Part shown: positions 40,891 to 51,684 of the stretch, in pieces
How the letters are laid out: every line of letters begins with the position of its first letter
How positions within the stretch are numbered: the stretch's first letter is position 1
Assembly: GCA_964291215.2 (NCBI GenBank)
Contig: OZ219791.1
Location: forward strand, 2,560,001 to 2,624,000
DNA from: Alphaproteobacteria bacterium
Lineage (GTDB): Bacteria; Pseudomonadota; Alphaproteobacteria; MPNO01; UBA830
DNA length: 64,000 nt
Direction of reading: 5' to 3'
Translations under genes and position numbers: made by a program
The notes under the pieces: generated by a model
Told to the model about the DNA's origin: nothing
Databases searched by the model: none
What the model saw: the letters and a program-made list of their open reading frames with translations, nothing else

Positions 40891-41904
40891 GTCGTGACAA
40901 AATCCTGTCCTGAAACGGGCGATTGTCACGAAAACCCGTTTTCGCCGCTGCCTTGCGACCGCACAACCGTGTTAAATCAATGATTTGAATTCGACATATG
41001 AGAACTGCACCCGTCCCGCAGCAGGTCGTCGTACAACGCCGAGGGGTGGCCCGAGACCATCGCCTGACACGGCAGCCCCTTGAGCAGTTCAAGGAGTTCG
41101 ACATGGTCGGCTTCGGTGTAGTTGTGGCGGTACCGCCGCTTCGACCGGCGGGTCGCCTGCAGGGGTCGCTGCAGACCAGTTCCGTGCCCCGGAATACAAG
41201 GCCGGCCAGAACCGCGTGGGCGCAGCCGTGGATCAGTTTCACCGGATAGTCGCACCCGAATCCGTCCAGCGCTCGCCGGTCGATCCCGATAGAGCACGGC
41301 GCCTTGCGCTTCATCAGCGCGCCGCCTCCCGGATGCGTTTCCACATACAGATCATGCGGAGGCTGGAGCCCAAGAAGCAGTTGGCACAGCCCGCTCGCGC
41401 CTTCGATCCAAAGTAGCCCACCGGTACTCCCCGTCGCTCTCGATGACCACCACTAACCGAATCAGCCTACAGTGCCAAATCTCCACGAAACCCCGTTCGT
41501 TGCTCTACCCTGACATCAAGCCGGAACCAGGGGGTGAGCAGATACAAACCAGGATAGTGATGACGGTCAATGACACGATTCCAGCGACACCAGGCCGTGC
41601 AAGGCGCACAACCACATCCCGGAGCGCAAAACCCTCCGGAGTTGTCTCAAAAAAATCCGCTGCCCCTTCCATCACAACAACGGATGCTACGCCGCTTCAC
41701 GGAAAGTCGGCAAAAATGCGAATCATCCGGAACAAGCGGAACCAATCCTTCCAACAAACCTGGCGTGGGACCGCCGTGGTAGCCGGTGGCTGCCCGTTGC
41801 CCGTCCGGTTCGAAAACGGGATAATCCGCGCTGTGGGTGCAGCACGCCGGAAGCGGATGCGGTGGGGGCGCATCCATTCGGAACCAGGTTCATGGGGGCA
41901 TGAC

Positions 41905-43020
41905 ATGCCGGTCAGGCGGATCGCCATCTTCGGCGCTGGCGGTGGTGGCACGTCGGCGGCAGCCCATTTGACGACCCTCGGATTCGAGATACGGCTCTAC
42001 AGCCAGGACCGGGAGGCACTCGCGCCGCTTCGGGATATCGGCGGCATCCACTACACGGCGCCGTTCGGCGACGGATTTGCTTCGTTCGCGATGATCACCG
42101 ACGATGCCGGGGCGGCTATGGACGGTGCCGAGATGGTAATGATCGTGAGTCCTGCGCACCTCCACGAGAAGTGGGTCGCCACGGTCGCGCCGCATCTGAC
42201 CGAGGATCAGGTTCTTTTCGTCTCGCCGGGGCACACGCTGCTCCTGATCCCGCACGTGCTCCGCGAGCACGGGATCCGGAACCCCGTATTTTGCGAGACC
42301 GCGACACTGCCCTATCTCTGCCGACGCATCGAACCGGCGAAATGCCGGATCTCGCGGGTGTCGGACTTCATGGTGTTCGGTGGCTTTCCCGGCCGCGAGA
42401 CCGGGCGCCTGCACGAGATCGTCAGGACCGTCTATCCCGCGGTACAGCCGTTTTCCAATGTCCTCGAAACCGTATTCCCCTACGGCAATGCCATTCACCA
42501 CCCGCCGGCGGTGCTGTGCAATGCCGGGCGCATCGAAGCGACCGGTGGCGATTTCCGCCACTATTACGACGGCATCACGCCGTCGGTCGGGCGGTTGATC
42601 GATGCCGTCGATCGTGAGCGGCTCGCGGTGGCGGAGGCGCTCGGTGCCCGGACCATGCCGTTTGTCGAGCTGTTCTGGCGCATGGGCTACACCACCGACG
42701 AAGCCGGTGCCTCCGGCCTTGCCTACGAAGCTTTTCACCAGAGCGAGCCCGACCGGTGGATCATGGCGCCAACCAGCCTCGATCATCGCTACCTGCTCGA
42801 AGACGTGCCCTACGGCCACCTGGTCTATTCCGAACTCGGCCGCCTCGCCGGCGTGCCGACACCGACGATCGATCACGTCATTCATCTCGCCTCGGTGATC
42901 CTCGGCCGGGATTTCCGGGCCGAGGGGCTGACGCTGGCCCGGATGGGGTTCGGCGACATCACCCGCGATGCCTTCCTGGCGCTGTTGGAACATGGTTTCG
43001 AGGAGGGTGATTTGCGATGA
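41905..43020 (+). CDS. NAD/NADP opine dehydrogenase family protein (paralog 2)
   Basis: GAGGGG, SPGHT, YYDGITP, HRYLLEDVPYG; the longer ORF start lies in IS DNA. Confidence 0.88.
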   Translation: MPVRRIAIFGAGGGGTSAAAHLTTLGFEIRLYSQDREALAPLRDIGGIHYTAPFGDGFASFAMITDDAGAAMDGAEMVMIVSPAHLHEKWVATVAPHLTEDQVLFVSPGHTLLLIPHVLREHGIRNPVFCETATLPYLCRRIEPAKCRISRVSDFMVFGGFPGRETGRLHEIVRTVYPAVQPFSNVLETVFPYGNAIHHPPAVLCNAGRIEATGGDFRHYYDGITPSVGRLIDAVDRERLAVAEALGARTMPFVELFWRMGYTTDEAGASGLAYEAFHQSEPDRWIMAPTSLDHRYLLEDVPYGHLVYSELGRLAGVPTPTIDHVIHLASVILGRDFRAEGLTLARMGFGDITRDAFLALLEHGFEEGDLR

Positions 43021-44358
43021 GTGCCGGAGTGGGCGTGCGGTTCGACGGGTTCGACACGGTGGGAGATACGGTCGAGACCGCAGCCCTGGCAGAGGAGGCG
43101 GGTGCCGACACTATCTGGATGGCCGAGCATCTCGGCTACCGGGCGGCGACGGTGTCGTGCATGGCATTCCTTCAGTGCACGCGCCACCGTCATTCCGACC
43201 GCGGTGATGCCGTATCTCTGGCACCCGATGCCGACGGCCATGCAGTTCGCCATCATGGCCGAGCTCTCGCCCGGACGAGTTGGCATCTGCGTGTCGGTCG
43301 GCAACCTCCTGAACCTGCGGGAGTCGGACGTTTTGATGCCGCAGCATCCGGTTCGCGTGATCCGCGAGTATGTCGAGGCCCTGCGGGCACTCTGGGCTGG
43401 CGAGACGGTCGAACAGGAAGGTCTGGTCTGGCAGCTTCGCGGTGCCAGTTTTGCGTTCCGGCCGCCGCAGGAGATACCGGTCTTCGTTGCCCCCACCGGC
43501 CCCCGGGTGCTGGAGCTGGCCGGGCGGATGCCGACGGCGTGCTGTTTTCAGGCGGCCTGTTGCTGGCTTACACGCGGCGTTGCGCCGAACTTCAGAGGTC
43601 CTGACCTCGTGAGTTGACTTGATCAGTCCGTGATCCCTTTTTCCCAGTACAATGAATGATTTGACCGGTTTTGTGCTTGACAACAGAGTCGCATCGTGGT
43701 CCAATATAATGTGATGCCTGTAATGGGATGATCCCGACCCTGAACACGTTCGCGATGTACCCGTCTGAAGCCTCGTCCCGATCGGAACCTCGTGCTTCTC
43801 CCTTGCCAACGTTGACGTACCGACCGTCTTGTTCTCGAACCTGAAGCCCTTCGACTGCCAGACAACGCACGCAAACTCGGCCTGGAAGCATCCCCCTGAT
43901 TTGGAAACATCGAAGCCGAGGTCAGGATGTCTGAACTTGCCGATGCGGGCGTCAGGGAGGCTGGCCGCAGCACGGACGAAGTACGAAAGGCGGGGTTCGT
44001 GTATTTCGCCTGTTCGGAGGACGGCGACGCCCCCATCGAAGCCAACAGGCTCAAGCTTGCCTTCCTGTTCCGGAACTCCGCGCAGGCCGAGAATATCCGC
44101 TCGATCGATATCCCGCTCGATCACGAGGCGATCATGGAACTGGTCCGCGACCGCGAACTCGAAAAGGCGGCGAGGCTGATCCCGGCGGAAGCGGTGGCGC
44201 AGTTCAGCGTTGCCGGCACGCCCGACGCCTGCCGTGCGGGACTGCAGGCCTATATCGATGCCGGGGTCGACATGCCCGTCATCAAGGTGACGGGCTCGCG
44301 CGAAGAGAGGCGGCTGGCGCTCGACGTGATTCGGGATTTCAACGCCGGCAGAAGCTGA
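43017..44358 (+). pseudogene. LLM-class oxidoreductase pseudogene (paralog of 27952-28944)
   Basis: GVRFDGFD, IWMAEHLGYR, PYLWHP, LAFLFRN in different frames; frameshifts near 43187 and 43530; 341-bp insertion. Confidence 0.85.
43593..43933. mobile_element. 341-bp non-autonomous IS (IS1634/IS4-like ends)
   Basis: TIR caga(gg/ca)tcctgacctcg; 5-bp TSD aactt (43588-43592, 43934-43938). Confidence 0.75.
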
Positions 44359-44567
44359 GGCCGGCAAAGACATCGTTCCGGGTTGTCACGCTGCGCCGGC
44401 CTGCGCGTCTCCCTTCCAATTGCCGTGCGCATGTCCCTGTCCTGGAAGGTGCAAGTTCCCGACTCGGCGGAACGTCCCAGTCTGGTTCTTGTCCCTCAGG
44501 ATGACACGGACGGGGGCATGGTCCTGTCCGGCTTGACGATCCGCCCCGGGCATGAATCGCCGTCTCG

Positions 44568-45287
44568 TCAGAGCGTGCCCAGCTCGCGGGCAGCAGGCGT
44601 GTGACCTGCGATCTCGAGAATCAGCTTCTTCAGTATTGCGTCTGCAAACGTCCGCCGGCTCTTGGCCTCGATGACGAAGGATCGCGGGCCGCCGGCGATG
44701 TTCGCCCTGTAGTAGTCCGGCAGCTGCGGCATGCCCGGCCGTTCGATGACGAGGCCGTTGATCGTGAAACCGTGGGCGAGGGCGGCGGCGCGCGCTTCGC
44801 CGATGGTCACGATACCGACGGTGTCGGGCCCGTCGCCCGAGACGTCGATGACCTTCCGCGTGCCGTCGAAATCGTTGCCAAGCGCGGTCTCGGCGGCGGT
44901 GGCAACGGCTTCACCGATGGCGTTGCCGCCTGCGCAATAGTCCCGCGGTGCCGTCAGGATGCGCGCGCCGATGGCCTTCGCCGAGGCCGCATCGTCGATC
45001 CTGGTCCAGCCGACGCGCTGCCAGATGCAGCCGGACCCGGCGAACTCGATGTAGGTGACCGCGATCGCGCGCAGGAAGCCGCTGGTGATCGCGCGCAGCA
45101 CCCGCGGATTGGCGAGGGCATCGGCGTAGCCCTGGCGCTGGAGCCGGAACTCTTCGTCGTCGATCGATCCCGAACCGTCGACCACGAACGCGAGTTCGAG
45201 ATCGACGGCACCGCGCCCGGTCTCGGCGGAAGCCGCGAACGCGGACCCGGCGCAGAGCATCACCGCGGCTGCGAGACGGCGGATCAT
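44568..45287 (-). CDS. DUF1194 (vWA-like) exported protein
   Basis: VDLELAFVVDGSGSID..E..LQRQGY; VIDVSGDGP. Confidence 0.88.
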   Translation of the reverse strand: MIRRLAAAVMLCAGSAFAASAETGRGAVDLELAFVVDGSGSIDDEEFRLQRQGYADALANPRVLRAITSGFLRAIAVTYIEFAGSGCIWQRVGWTRIDDAASAKAIGARILTAPRDYCAGGNAIGEAVATAAETALGNDFDGTRKVIDVSGDGPDTVGIVTIGEARAAALAHGFTINGLVIERPGMPQLPDYYRANIAGGPRSFVIEAKSRRTFADAILKKLILEIAGHTPAARELGTL

Positions 45288-45673
45288 TCCGGCCCTGCCG
45301 CCCAGACATCGACCTCAACCAGCATTTCCGGCTGGGCGAGGGCGGAAATGCAAAGGAGCGTCGATGTTGGCTTGTGGTCGCCGAGAAACCGGTCACGTAT
45401 CGCCATGTGGGCATCGCGCCAGCGCGGATCGGTCAGGTACTGGACGACCTTGACGATGTTGCCGACGCCCATGTCCTGCGCTTCGAGGCAGGCAACCACG
45501 TTGCTCCAGGCCGCTTCCGTCTGCGCCTCGACGCCGTCGGGAATACTGCCGTCCGGCAGGGTTCCGACCTGTCCCGAAAGGGCGACGATGCGGTAACCCG
45601 GCGGTACGGACATGGAATGGATGTAGTGCCGGGCGGGCGGGGCGATGCCGTCCGGGTTCAGGGGGTTGAACAT
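45284..45673 (-). CDS. RidA/YjgF family protein
   Basis: SGQVG, IVKVVQYL, PTSTLL, LVEVD. Confidence 0.88.
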   Translation of the reverse strand: MFNPLNPDGIAPPARHYIHSMSVPPGYRIVALSGQVGTLPDGSIPDGVEAQTEAAWSNVVACLEAQDMGVGNIVKVVQYLTDPRWRDAHMAIRDRFLGDHKPTSTLLCISALAQPEMLVEVDVWAAGPE

Positions 45674-45908
45674 GGTTGTCCTCCCGAAGGATGTCTGTCG
45701 GGCCGGCTGCAGCTGCGTCCCGGCGCATCGCGCCGTCCGGAAAATTCGGGAACCGCACCTCCGACGGCGCCACTCTAGCACATAGCCCGGGACGGTAGGT
45801 GCCGCTGGCCGGAGCGGCAGCAGGGCACGGAGACCCGGCTGACATTCCGGAAAAAAGGGAGTATACTGCGTAATTGTGCGTGGCGCGGATGTGAGGGAAG
45901 GCGGCAGC

Positions 45909-47990
45909 ATGGCGGCCAGCATCCATAATCCTCCCTGGCGGGTCGGGGTAGATGTCGGCGGAACCTTCACCGACCTTGTGATCGCCGATGGCGACGGGCG
46001 CACCGATGTCTTCAAGGTGCCCTCGGTGCCCGAGGATCCGGGCGAGGGCGTGATCGCGGCGCTTGACCTTGCCTGCGGTGCGCTGGAGCTGACGCGCGCT
46101 GCGTTTCTTGCCGACTGCCAGTTCTTCCTGCACGGTTCAACGGTTGCCACCAACACCCTCCTTGAGGGCAAGGGCGCCCGCGTGGGGCTCCTGACAACCA
46201 GCGGATTTCGCGACAGCCTCGAAGCCCGCCGTGGCCTGCGCAAGGACCCGTGGGACCACCGGACACCCTATCCGCCGGTGCTGGTGCCGCGCTATCTGCG
46301 GCGCCCGGTCTCGGGACGCATCGATGCCCGCGGCCGCGAGATCGAGCCTCTCGACGCCGGCGACGTGCGCGCGGCGTGCCGCGTCTTTCGCGACGAGGGT
46401 GTCGAATCCGTTGCCATCTGCCTTCTCAACAGCTTCGTCAATTCCGCGCACGAGCGGGCGGCGTCCGAGATCGTGCGCGAGGAAGCGGTCTGCGATTCGA
46501 TCTCGGTGTCGTCCGAGATCGTGCCGATAATGGGAGAATACGAGCGCAGTTCGACGACGGCCGTCAACGCCTATGTCATGCCGCGCGTCGCGACCTACCT
46601 GCGGGCGCTGCAGGACCGGCTCATCGCGATGGGTCTCGGCACCAAGCTCCTCATGCTGCAGAGCAACGGCGGCGGCGCATCCCTCGACCAGCTGATCCTC
46701 AGGCCGGTCAACCTGCTGCTGTCGGGACCGTCGGCGGGCGTCGGCGCGATGCAGCGGCTCGCCGAGGAGATCGGCGAGGGCAATCTTGTGAGCATGGAGA
46801 TCGGCGGCACCAGCTGCGACGTCATGCTGATGCACGAGGGCCGCGTGGCGATCACCGACGCGCTGTCGGTCGCCGACTATGACCTCGTCACGCCTTCGGT
46901 CGATATCCACACCGTGGGCGCCGGCGGCGGCACCATCGCCGGCACCGACCAGGCAGGCATGCTCTATGCCGGCCCCCGCGGCGCCGGGGCGCGGCCGGGC
47001 CCGGCGGCCTACGGGCTGGGCGGAACCCTGCCCACGGTCACCGACGCCCACCTCGTTCTCGGTCGGCTGCGTCCGGGACCATATGCCGGGGGCTTGGTAA
47101 CACTGGACCTTGAAAGGGCGGAAGCGGCAATCGACCGCGAGGTCGCGGGGCCGCTCGGACTCGCGCGAACCGAGGCCGCGGCCGGAATTATCCGTGTTGT
47201 CGAACAGAACCTGTTGCATGCGGTCGAGCGCATAAGCATCCAGCGCGGCTACAACCCGGGCCGCTTCATGCTGATTGCCTGCGGCGGTGCCGGGCCCATG
47301 CACGGCGCGAGTGTCGGACGCCGTCTCGGCGCGCGGGCGGTCTACGCGCCGCGCCAGGCCGGCGCGTTCTGCGCCATCGGCATGCAGCACGCCGACGTGC
47401 GGCGGGACTTCGTCCAGGTGCTGATGCGCTGGCTCGACGACGGCATTGTCCCGTTTCTTGCCGAGGGCTATGCCAGTCTCGAGACACAGGCGCGGATGGC
47501 GCTCGGCGAGGAGGGTTTCGGGCCCGACGACATGGTGTTCGGGCGCGAGCTCGACCTTCATTACGAGGGCCAGCAGTGGGACGTCCGCGTGGCCGTCGGC
47601 GACGATGCGGACGCCGATGCGATCCGGGCGGCGTTCGAGGCGGAATACGATCGTCAGTTCGGCCACACCAACCCCACCGGCCGCGTCAATGTCGCCAAGC
47701 TCAGGGTTGTCGGCATCGGCCGGCTGCCGCCGCTTCGGGAACCCGGGTTCCCCGAGGCCGACCGGCCGGCGGCCCCCGCAGACATGCGCCCCGTCTACGC
47801 CGAGGAAGCCGGCGCCTTCCTCGAGACGCCGGTCTACGCAGGCGCCGGCCTCCGTCACGGCCATGGTTTCGACGGTCCCGCCGTGATCGAGGAGGAGACC
47901 ACGACTGTGCTCGTCGGCCCCCGCGACCGGGTTGTCGTCGACAGGCTCGACAACTACCTGATATCGTTCGACCTTGGGGAGGAGGCATGA
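45909..47990 (+). CDS. Hydantoinase/oxoprolinase subunit A (ATP-binding)
   Basis: GVDVGGTFTD, HGSTVATN, EYERSSTT, SGPSAG, GAGGG. Confidence 0.93.
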   Translation: MAASIHNPPWRVGVDVGGTFTDLVIADGDGRTDVFKVPSVPEDPGEGVIAALDLACGALELTRAAFLADCQFFLHGSTVATNTLLEGKGARVGLLTTSGFRDSLEARRGLRKDPWDHRTPYPPVLVPRYLRRPVSGRIDARGREIEPLDAGDVRAACRVFRDEGVESVAICLLNSFVNSAHERAASEIVREEAVCDSISVSSEIVPIMGEYERSSTTAVNAYVMPRVATYLRALQDRLIAMGLGTKLLMLQSNGGGASLDQLILRPVNLLLSGPSAGVGAMQRLAEEIGEGNLVSMEIGGTSCDVMLMHEGRVAITDALSVADYDLVTPSVDIHTVGAGGGTIAGTDQAGMLYAGPRGAGARPGPAAYGLGGTLPTVTDAHLVLGRLRPGPYAGGLVTLDLERAEAAIDREVAGPLGLARTEAAAGIIRVVEQNLLHAVERISIQRGYNPGRFMLIACGGAGPMHGASVGRRLGARAVYAPRQAGAFCAIGMQHADVRRDFVQVLMRWLDDGIVPFLAEGYASLETQARMALGEEGFGPDDMVFGRELDLHYEGQQWDVRVAVGDDADADAIRAAFEAEYDRQFGHTNPTGRVNVAKLRVVGIGRLPPLREPGFPEADRPAAPADMRPVYAEEAGAFLETPVYAGAGLRHGHGFDGPAVIEEETTTVLVGPRDRVVVDRLDNYLISFDLGEEA

Positions 47991-49753
47991 TGGACCCATC
48001 ACCGGAAGCTCCAGACCAGGTTCTCGATCCGGTCATCCTCGCCCTGACCCAGAACCGGCTTGACCACATATCCCACCAGATGGGCTGGGTCATGCTGCGC
48101 ACCGCGCGAAGCCCGATCTTCAGCCAGGCCCACGACTTCTCGTGTTTCATCGCCGGCCCCTCGGGAGAGGTGGTCAGTCAGGCGGACGGCATCCCGATTC
48201 ATACCGGCAGCGGCGGCTTCGGCGTACGTGCCATCCTCAGGGACTTCGGCGACGAGATTTCCGAAGGCGATGTGTTCCTGCTCAACGACCCCTGGGCAGC
48301 CGGTGGCAACCACCTGCCGGACTGGGTCGTCGCACGGCCGGTCTTTGTCGACGACCGCATGGTTGGGCTGACCTGCAACCGTGCCCATCAGTCGGATATC
48401 GGCGGCGGCGCCGCCGGCGCTTACAACCCGGCCGCGACTGAAGTCTTCGAGGAAGGCATCCGCCTGCCGGTGCTCCGGCTCGTCGAGGCCGGAAAGACGC
48501 GGAACGACCTCTGGAAACTTCTGCTCCTGAACACGCGCACACCGCATCTTCTCGACGGCGATCTCCGCGCCATGCTGGGCTCGACCCGGATCGGCATGGA
48601 GCGCGTCGCGGCGCTGGTCGAGGAGCTCGGAACCGGCGAGGCGTTGCGCTACTTCTCCGGCGTTCTCGACCATGCCGACCGTTCGGTGCGCCGCGAAATC
48701 ATGCGCCTGCCCGACGGCGTCTACCGGGGCGAGGACCGGTCCGACAACGACTGCTTCGAGATCCGCGACGTGGTGGTGCGGGTGACGCTGACCATTGACG
48801 GAGACCGCATGACGGTCGACTTCACCGGGACCGATCCGCAGATCAGGGGGTTCAAGAACTCGTCGCTCGGCAACACCTATTCGGCCGTCTTTACCGCGCT
48901 GTCGTCGTTCCTCGATCCCGATCTGCCGCACAATGAGGGCGCCTTCCGTTGCGTCGAGGTGATCGCGCCGGAAGGCACGATCGTCAATGCCCGCGAGGGC
49001 GCGTCGACGACCATGTGCACGGTGTTCTGCGCCCACGAGATCATTCACGCGGTGTGGAAGGCGCTCGCTCAGGCCAATCCCGGGCGTGGCTGTGCCGGCT
49101 GGGCGAAGAACGTGTTCGGCCTGTCGGTGGGGCGCGAGGAGAACGGCCTGCCCTATGTTTTCTATCACGGTGCGGCATCGGCCGGCAGCGGCGCCGTCGA
49201 CGGCCGCGACGGCTTCAACCAGATTGGCCATGTCTGCACGCTCGGCGGGCTGACGATGCCCAACATCGAGGCCTATGAGCAGCTCTACCCGGTGCGCTTC
49301 TACCGCCAGGAGTTCCGCCTCGATGCGGCGGGGCCCGGTGAGTGGCGGGGCGGAAGCGGATGCGACTACGAGGTCGAGATCGAGACCCCGGCCGTCCATT
49401 CCTTCCGCGGCGAGGGGCTCGGTTACGAGACCGGTTACGGCATCAATGGCGGCGGCGGCGGTGCGCCCGGCGAAATGCGGCTACGCTACGCCGACGGCCG
49501 CACCGAGGAGGCGCCGAAGTTCGGGCTGCGTCCCACCGGCCCGGTGCGCTTCGTGACGCAGTCGCCGGGCGGCGGCGGCTACGGCGATCCGTTGGCGCGC
49601 GATCCGGAACGGGTGCTGCGCGACTGGCGCGACGGCCTCATTTCGGAGGTTGTGATGCGCGGAACGTACGGGGTCGTCGCCGGCGGCGACGGCCGATCGG
49701 TTGATGCCGCGGGAACCGCGACGCTGAGGGAAATGATGCTCGCGGAGCGGTGA
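47987..49753 (+). CDS. Hydantoinase B/oxoprolinase subunit B
   Basis: RTARSP, NDPWAAGGNHLPD, HQSDIGG, PGGGGYGDP. Confidence 0.93.
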   Translation: MMDPSPEAPDQVLDPVILALTQNRLDHISHQMGWVMLRTARSPIFSQAHDFSCFIAGPSGEVVSQADGIPIHTGSGGFGVRAILRDFGDEISEGDVFLLNDPWAAGGNHLPDWVVARPVFVDDRMVGLTCNRAHQSDIGGGAAGAYNPAATEVFEEGIRLPVLRLVEAGKTRNDLWKLLLLNTRTPHLLDGDLRAMLGSTRIGMERVAALVEELGTGEALRYFSGVLDHADRSVRREIMRLPDGVYRGEDRSDNDCFEIRDVVVRVTLTIDGDRMTVDFTGTDPQIRGFKNSSLGNTYSAVFTALSSFLDPDLPHNEGAFRCVEVIAPEGTIVNAREGASTTMCTVFCAHEIIHAVWKALAQANPGRGCAGWAKNVFGLSVGREENGLPYVFYHGAASAGSGAVDGRDGFNQIGHVCTLGGLTMPNIEAYEQLYPVRFYRQEFRLDAAGPGEWRGGSGCDYEVEIETPAVHSFRGEGLGYETGYGINGGGGGAPGEMRLRYADGRTEEAPKFGLRPTGPVRFVTQSPGGGGYGDPLARDPERVLRDWRDGLISEVVMRGTYGVVAGGDGRSVDAAGTATLREMMLAER

Positions 49754-49808
49754 CGACGGCCGCTGCCCGCGGAGCCATGGACTGTGAACGGACGGAGGAG
49801 ACGAAATA

Positions 49809-51143
49809 ATGGCTGACCTGACGACGGAATTCTGCGGCGTTCCCTTCAAGAACCCGGTGGTGGTCGCCTCGCTCGAGACCACCAACAGCCCGGACCTCAT
49901 GAAGCAGGCGTTCGACTACGGCGCTGCCGGTGCGATCATCAAGACCCTGACCGACATCGACGACATGGCCGTGCTGACCATGAATTCGAAGTACTGCATC
50001 ATGGACGACCGTGGCGACATCATCCGCGGCAAGGTGCCTCGGGACTTCAAGTTCTACAGCCGGTCCGGCTATTCGAGCACCTACTACAAGGACTGGATCC
50101 CGCATCTCAAGGAGATCGGCGCCTATGCCCGCGACCGTGACGCCCATCTGATCGGCAGCGCCGGAGCTAGGGACATAGACGGCTGGAAGGATATCTGCCG
50201 CATCTTCGAGGATTGCGGCCTGCCGATGGTCGAGCTGAACTTCGGGTGTCCGCATCCGGCGATGATGCCCGGTGTCCACGGCGGCAGCATGATCGGCCAG
50301 GTCGCTGACGTTGCCCACGAGGTGACGCGTCAGGTTTGCGAGGCGGTGGAGATTCCGGTGATGATCAAGCTCACTCCGGATCAGACCACGCCGGTCGAGA
50401 TCGCCAAAGCCGTCAAGGAGGCCGGCGCCGCGGCTGTGACGGCGACCAACCGCTATACCGGCTTCGCGGTCGACATCGAGACCGGGCAGCCCCGGCTCGG
50501 CGGTCCGGCCGGGATCGGCGGAACTTGGACCAAGCCGTTGACGCTGCGCTACATCCACAACATCTATCGCGATGTCGGCATTCCGATCGCCGGCTCGAAC
50601 GGGATTTTCGATCACCGCGATGTCGTCGAGTTTCTGATGACCGGCTCGGACATCGTCGAGGTCGGATCGGTGCTGATGATCAAGGGGATGAAGTGGCTGC
50701 CGAATATTATCGAGGGGCTCGAGCGTTTCATGGACGACCACGGATACCCGGACCTCAAATCGATGCGCGGCATCGCCACCAAGGCCTCGGTGCAGGACTA
50801 TTCGGATCAATTCCGCAAGGCGCGCATCCACGCCGCGGTCAATCACGACACTTGCCAGAATCCGACCTGCAACATCTGCGTGCAGATGTGCTTCTATGAG
50901 GCCCTGTCCCAGAACCCGGCCGGCAGCATCGATGTGCATCCCGACACCTGCATCGGCTGCGAACTGTGCCTCGACGTCTGCCCCTTCGATTCTATCTCGA
51001 TGGAACCGACGACCGCGCAGCAGATGGCGGAGGAGTATTTCAGGATTCCCGACGGCGTCTACGAGAAGCCCGGGAAGTTTGCGACCCGCCGCAACAACAT
51101 GGAGACCATCCGGCTGAACAGCGCCGGCCTGGCGGCGGAATAG
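49809..51143 (+). CDS. PreA-like dihydropyrimidine/dihydroorotate dehydrogenase-family flavoprotein with C-terminal 4Fe-4S domain
   Basis: KNPVVVAS, ELNFGCPH, IKLTP, ATN, GSNGI; CNICVQMC and CIGCELCLDVCP. Confidence 0.82.
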   Translation: MADLTTEFCGVPFKNPVVVASLETTNSPDLMKQAFDYGAAGAIIKTLTDIDDMAVLTMNSKYCIMDDRGDIIRGKVPRDFKFYSRSGYSSTYYKDWIPHLKEIGAYARDRDAHLIGSAGARDIDGWKDICRIFEDCGLPMVELNFGCPHPAMMPGVHGGSMIGQVADVAHEVTRQVCEAVEIPVMIKLTPDQTTPVEIAKAVKEAGAAAVTATNRYTGFAVDIETGQPRLGGPAGIGGTWTKPLTLRYIHNIYRDVGIPIAGSNGIFDHRDVVEFLMTGSDIVEVGSVLMIKGMKWLPNIIEGLERFMDDHGYPDLKSMRGIATKASVQDYSDQFRKARIHAAVNHDTCQNPTCNICVQMCFYEALSQNPAGSIDVHPDTCIGCELCLDVCPFDSISMEPTTAQQMAEEYFRIPDGVYEKPGKFATRRNNMETIRLNSAGLAAE

Positions 51144-51177
51144 TCCTCGGCGTACCGCGGACGGGGTTGCTGGAAGG

Positions 51178-51684
51178 TCAGCTGGCCCGTCGCGGAGGCG
51201 GCCGTCCGGTGTCGCTTCCGGCCATCATCTTGCGCATGAGGCTCATCAGGCGGGCGTTCTCGGCGTTCGACAGGCCGCCCGTCAGGCGCTGCTGGGCGCG
51301 TTCCATCGCGTCGTGGGCGCCTTCCACGAAACGGCGGCCTTCGGGCGTGATGCGGGCGAGCCGCATGCGACGGTCGCTGGGGTTGGCGACGCGTTCGATA
51401 TGGCCGCGCCGCTCAAGGCGGCGGATGACGTCGGCGGCATTGGTGCGGTCTATCCCGACTTCGCCCGCGACCGAGGCCTGATCGAGGGCGCGGCCGCGGT
51501 AGAGGACGCTGAGCACCGCGTACTGCACCGGGGTCACGTCATGGGCGCGGCACTCTTCGAGAAACAGCGCGGCATGCAGCTGGTGGAGACGCCGGATCAA
51601 GAAACCGGGCCGCGACCAGAGATCGGTATAGGCCGTCTCGTCGCCATCGGCCGGCCGGCCGCTGCGGGGTGTCTCGTCAGCCAT
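51178..51684 (-). CDS. MarR family regulator
   Basis: RPGFLIRRLHQ, TPVQYAVL, DRR...ITPEG. Confidence 0.9.
   Translation of the reverse strand: MADETPRSGRPADGDETAYTDLWSRPGFLIRRLHQLHAALFLEECRAHDVTPVQYAVLSVLYRGRALDQASVAGEVGIDRTNAADVIRRLERRGHIERVANPSDRRMRLARITPEGRRFVEGAHDAMERAQQRLTGGLSNAENARLMSLMRKMMAGSDTGRPPPRRAS

Larger units (their letters stand above)
39630..41545 (-). mobile_element. Fourth, divergent IS66-methyltransferase element; internally deleted and interrupted
   Basis: TIR ending at 41545; methyltransferase N-half about 41010-41420, C-half 40284-40515 (RNRTDRQRIKRKAG); transposase start at about 40285. Confidence 0.72.

Noticed and set aside
43677-43710. TTGACA and TATAAT hexamers inside the 341-bp insertion
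   Set aside because: The spacer is 22 nt, too long for a sigma70 promoter.
46137-50939. Long minus-strand ORFs (621, 466, 433 aa) and similar ones at 26845-28509 and 58884-60383
   Set aside because: Shadows of well-supported genes on the opposite strand.
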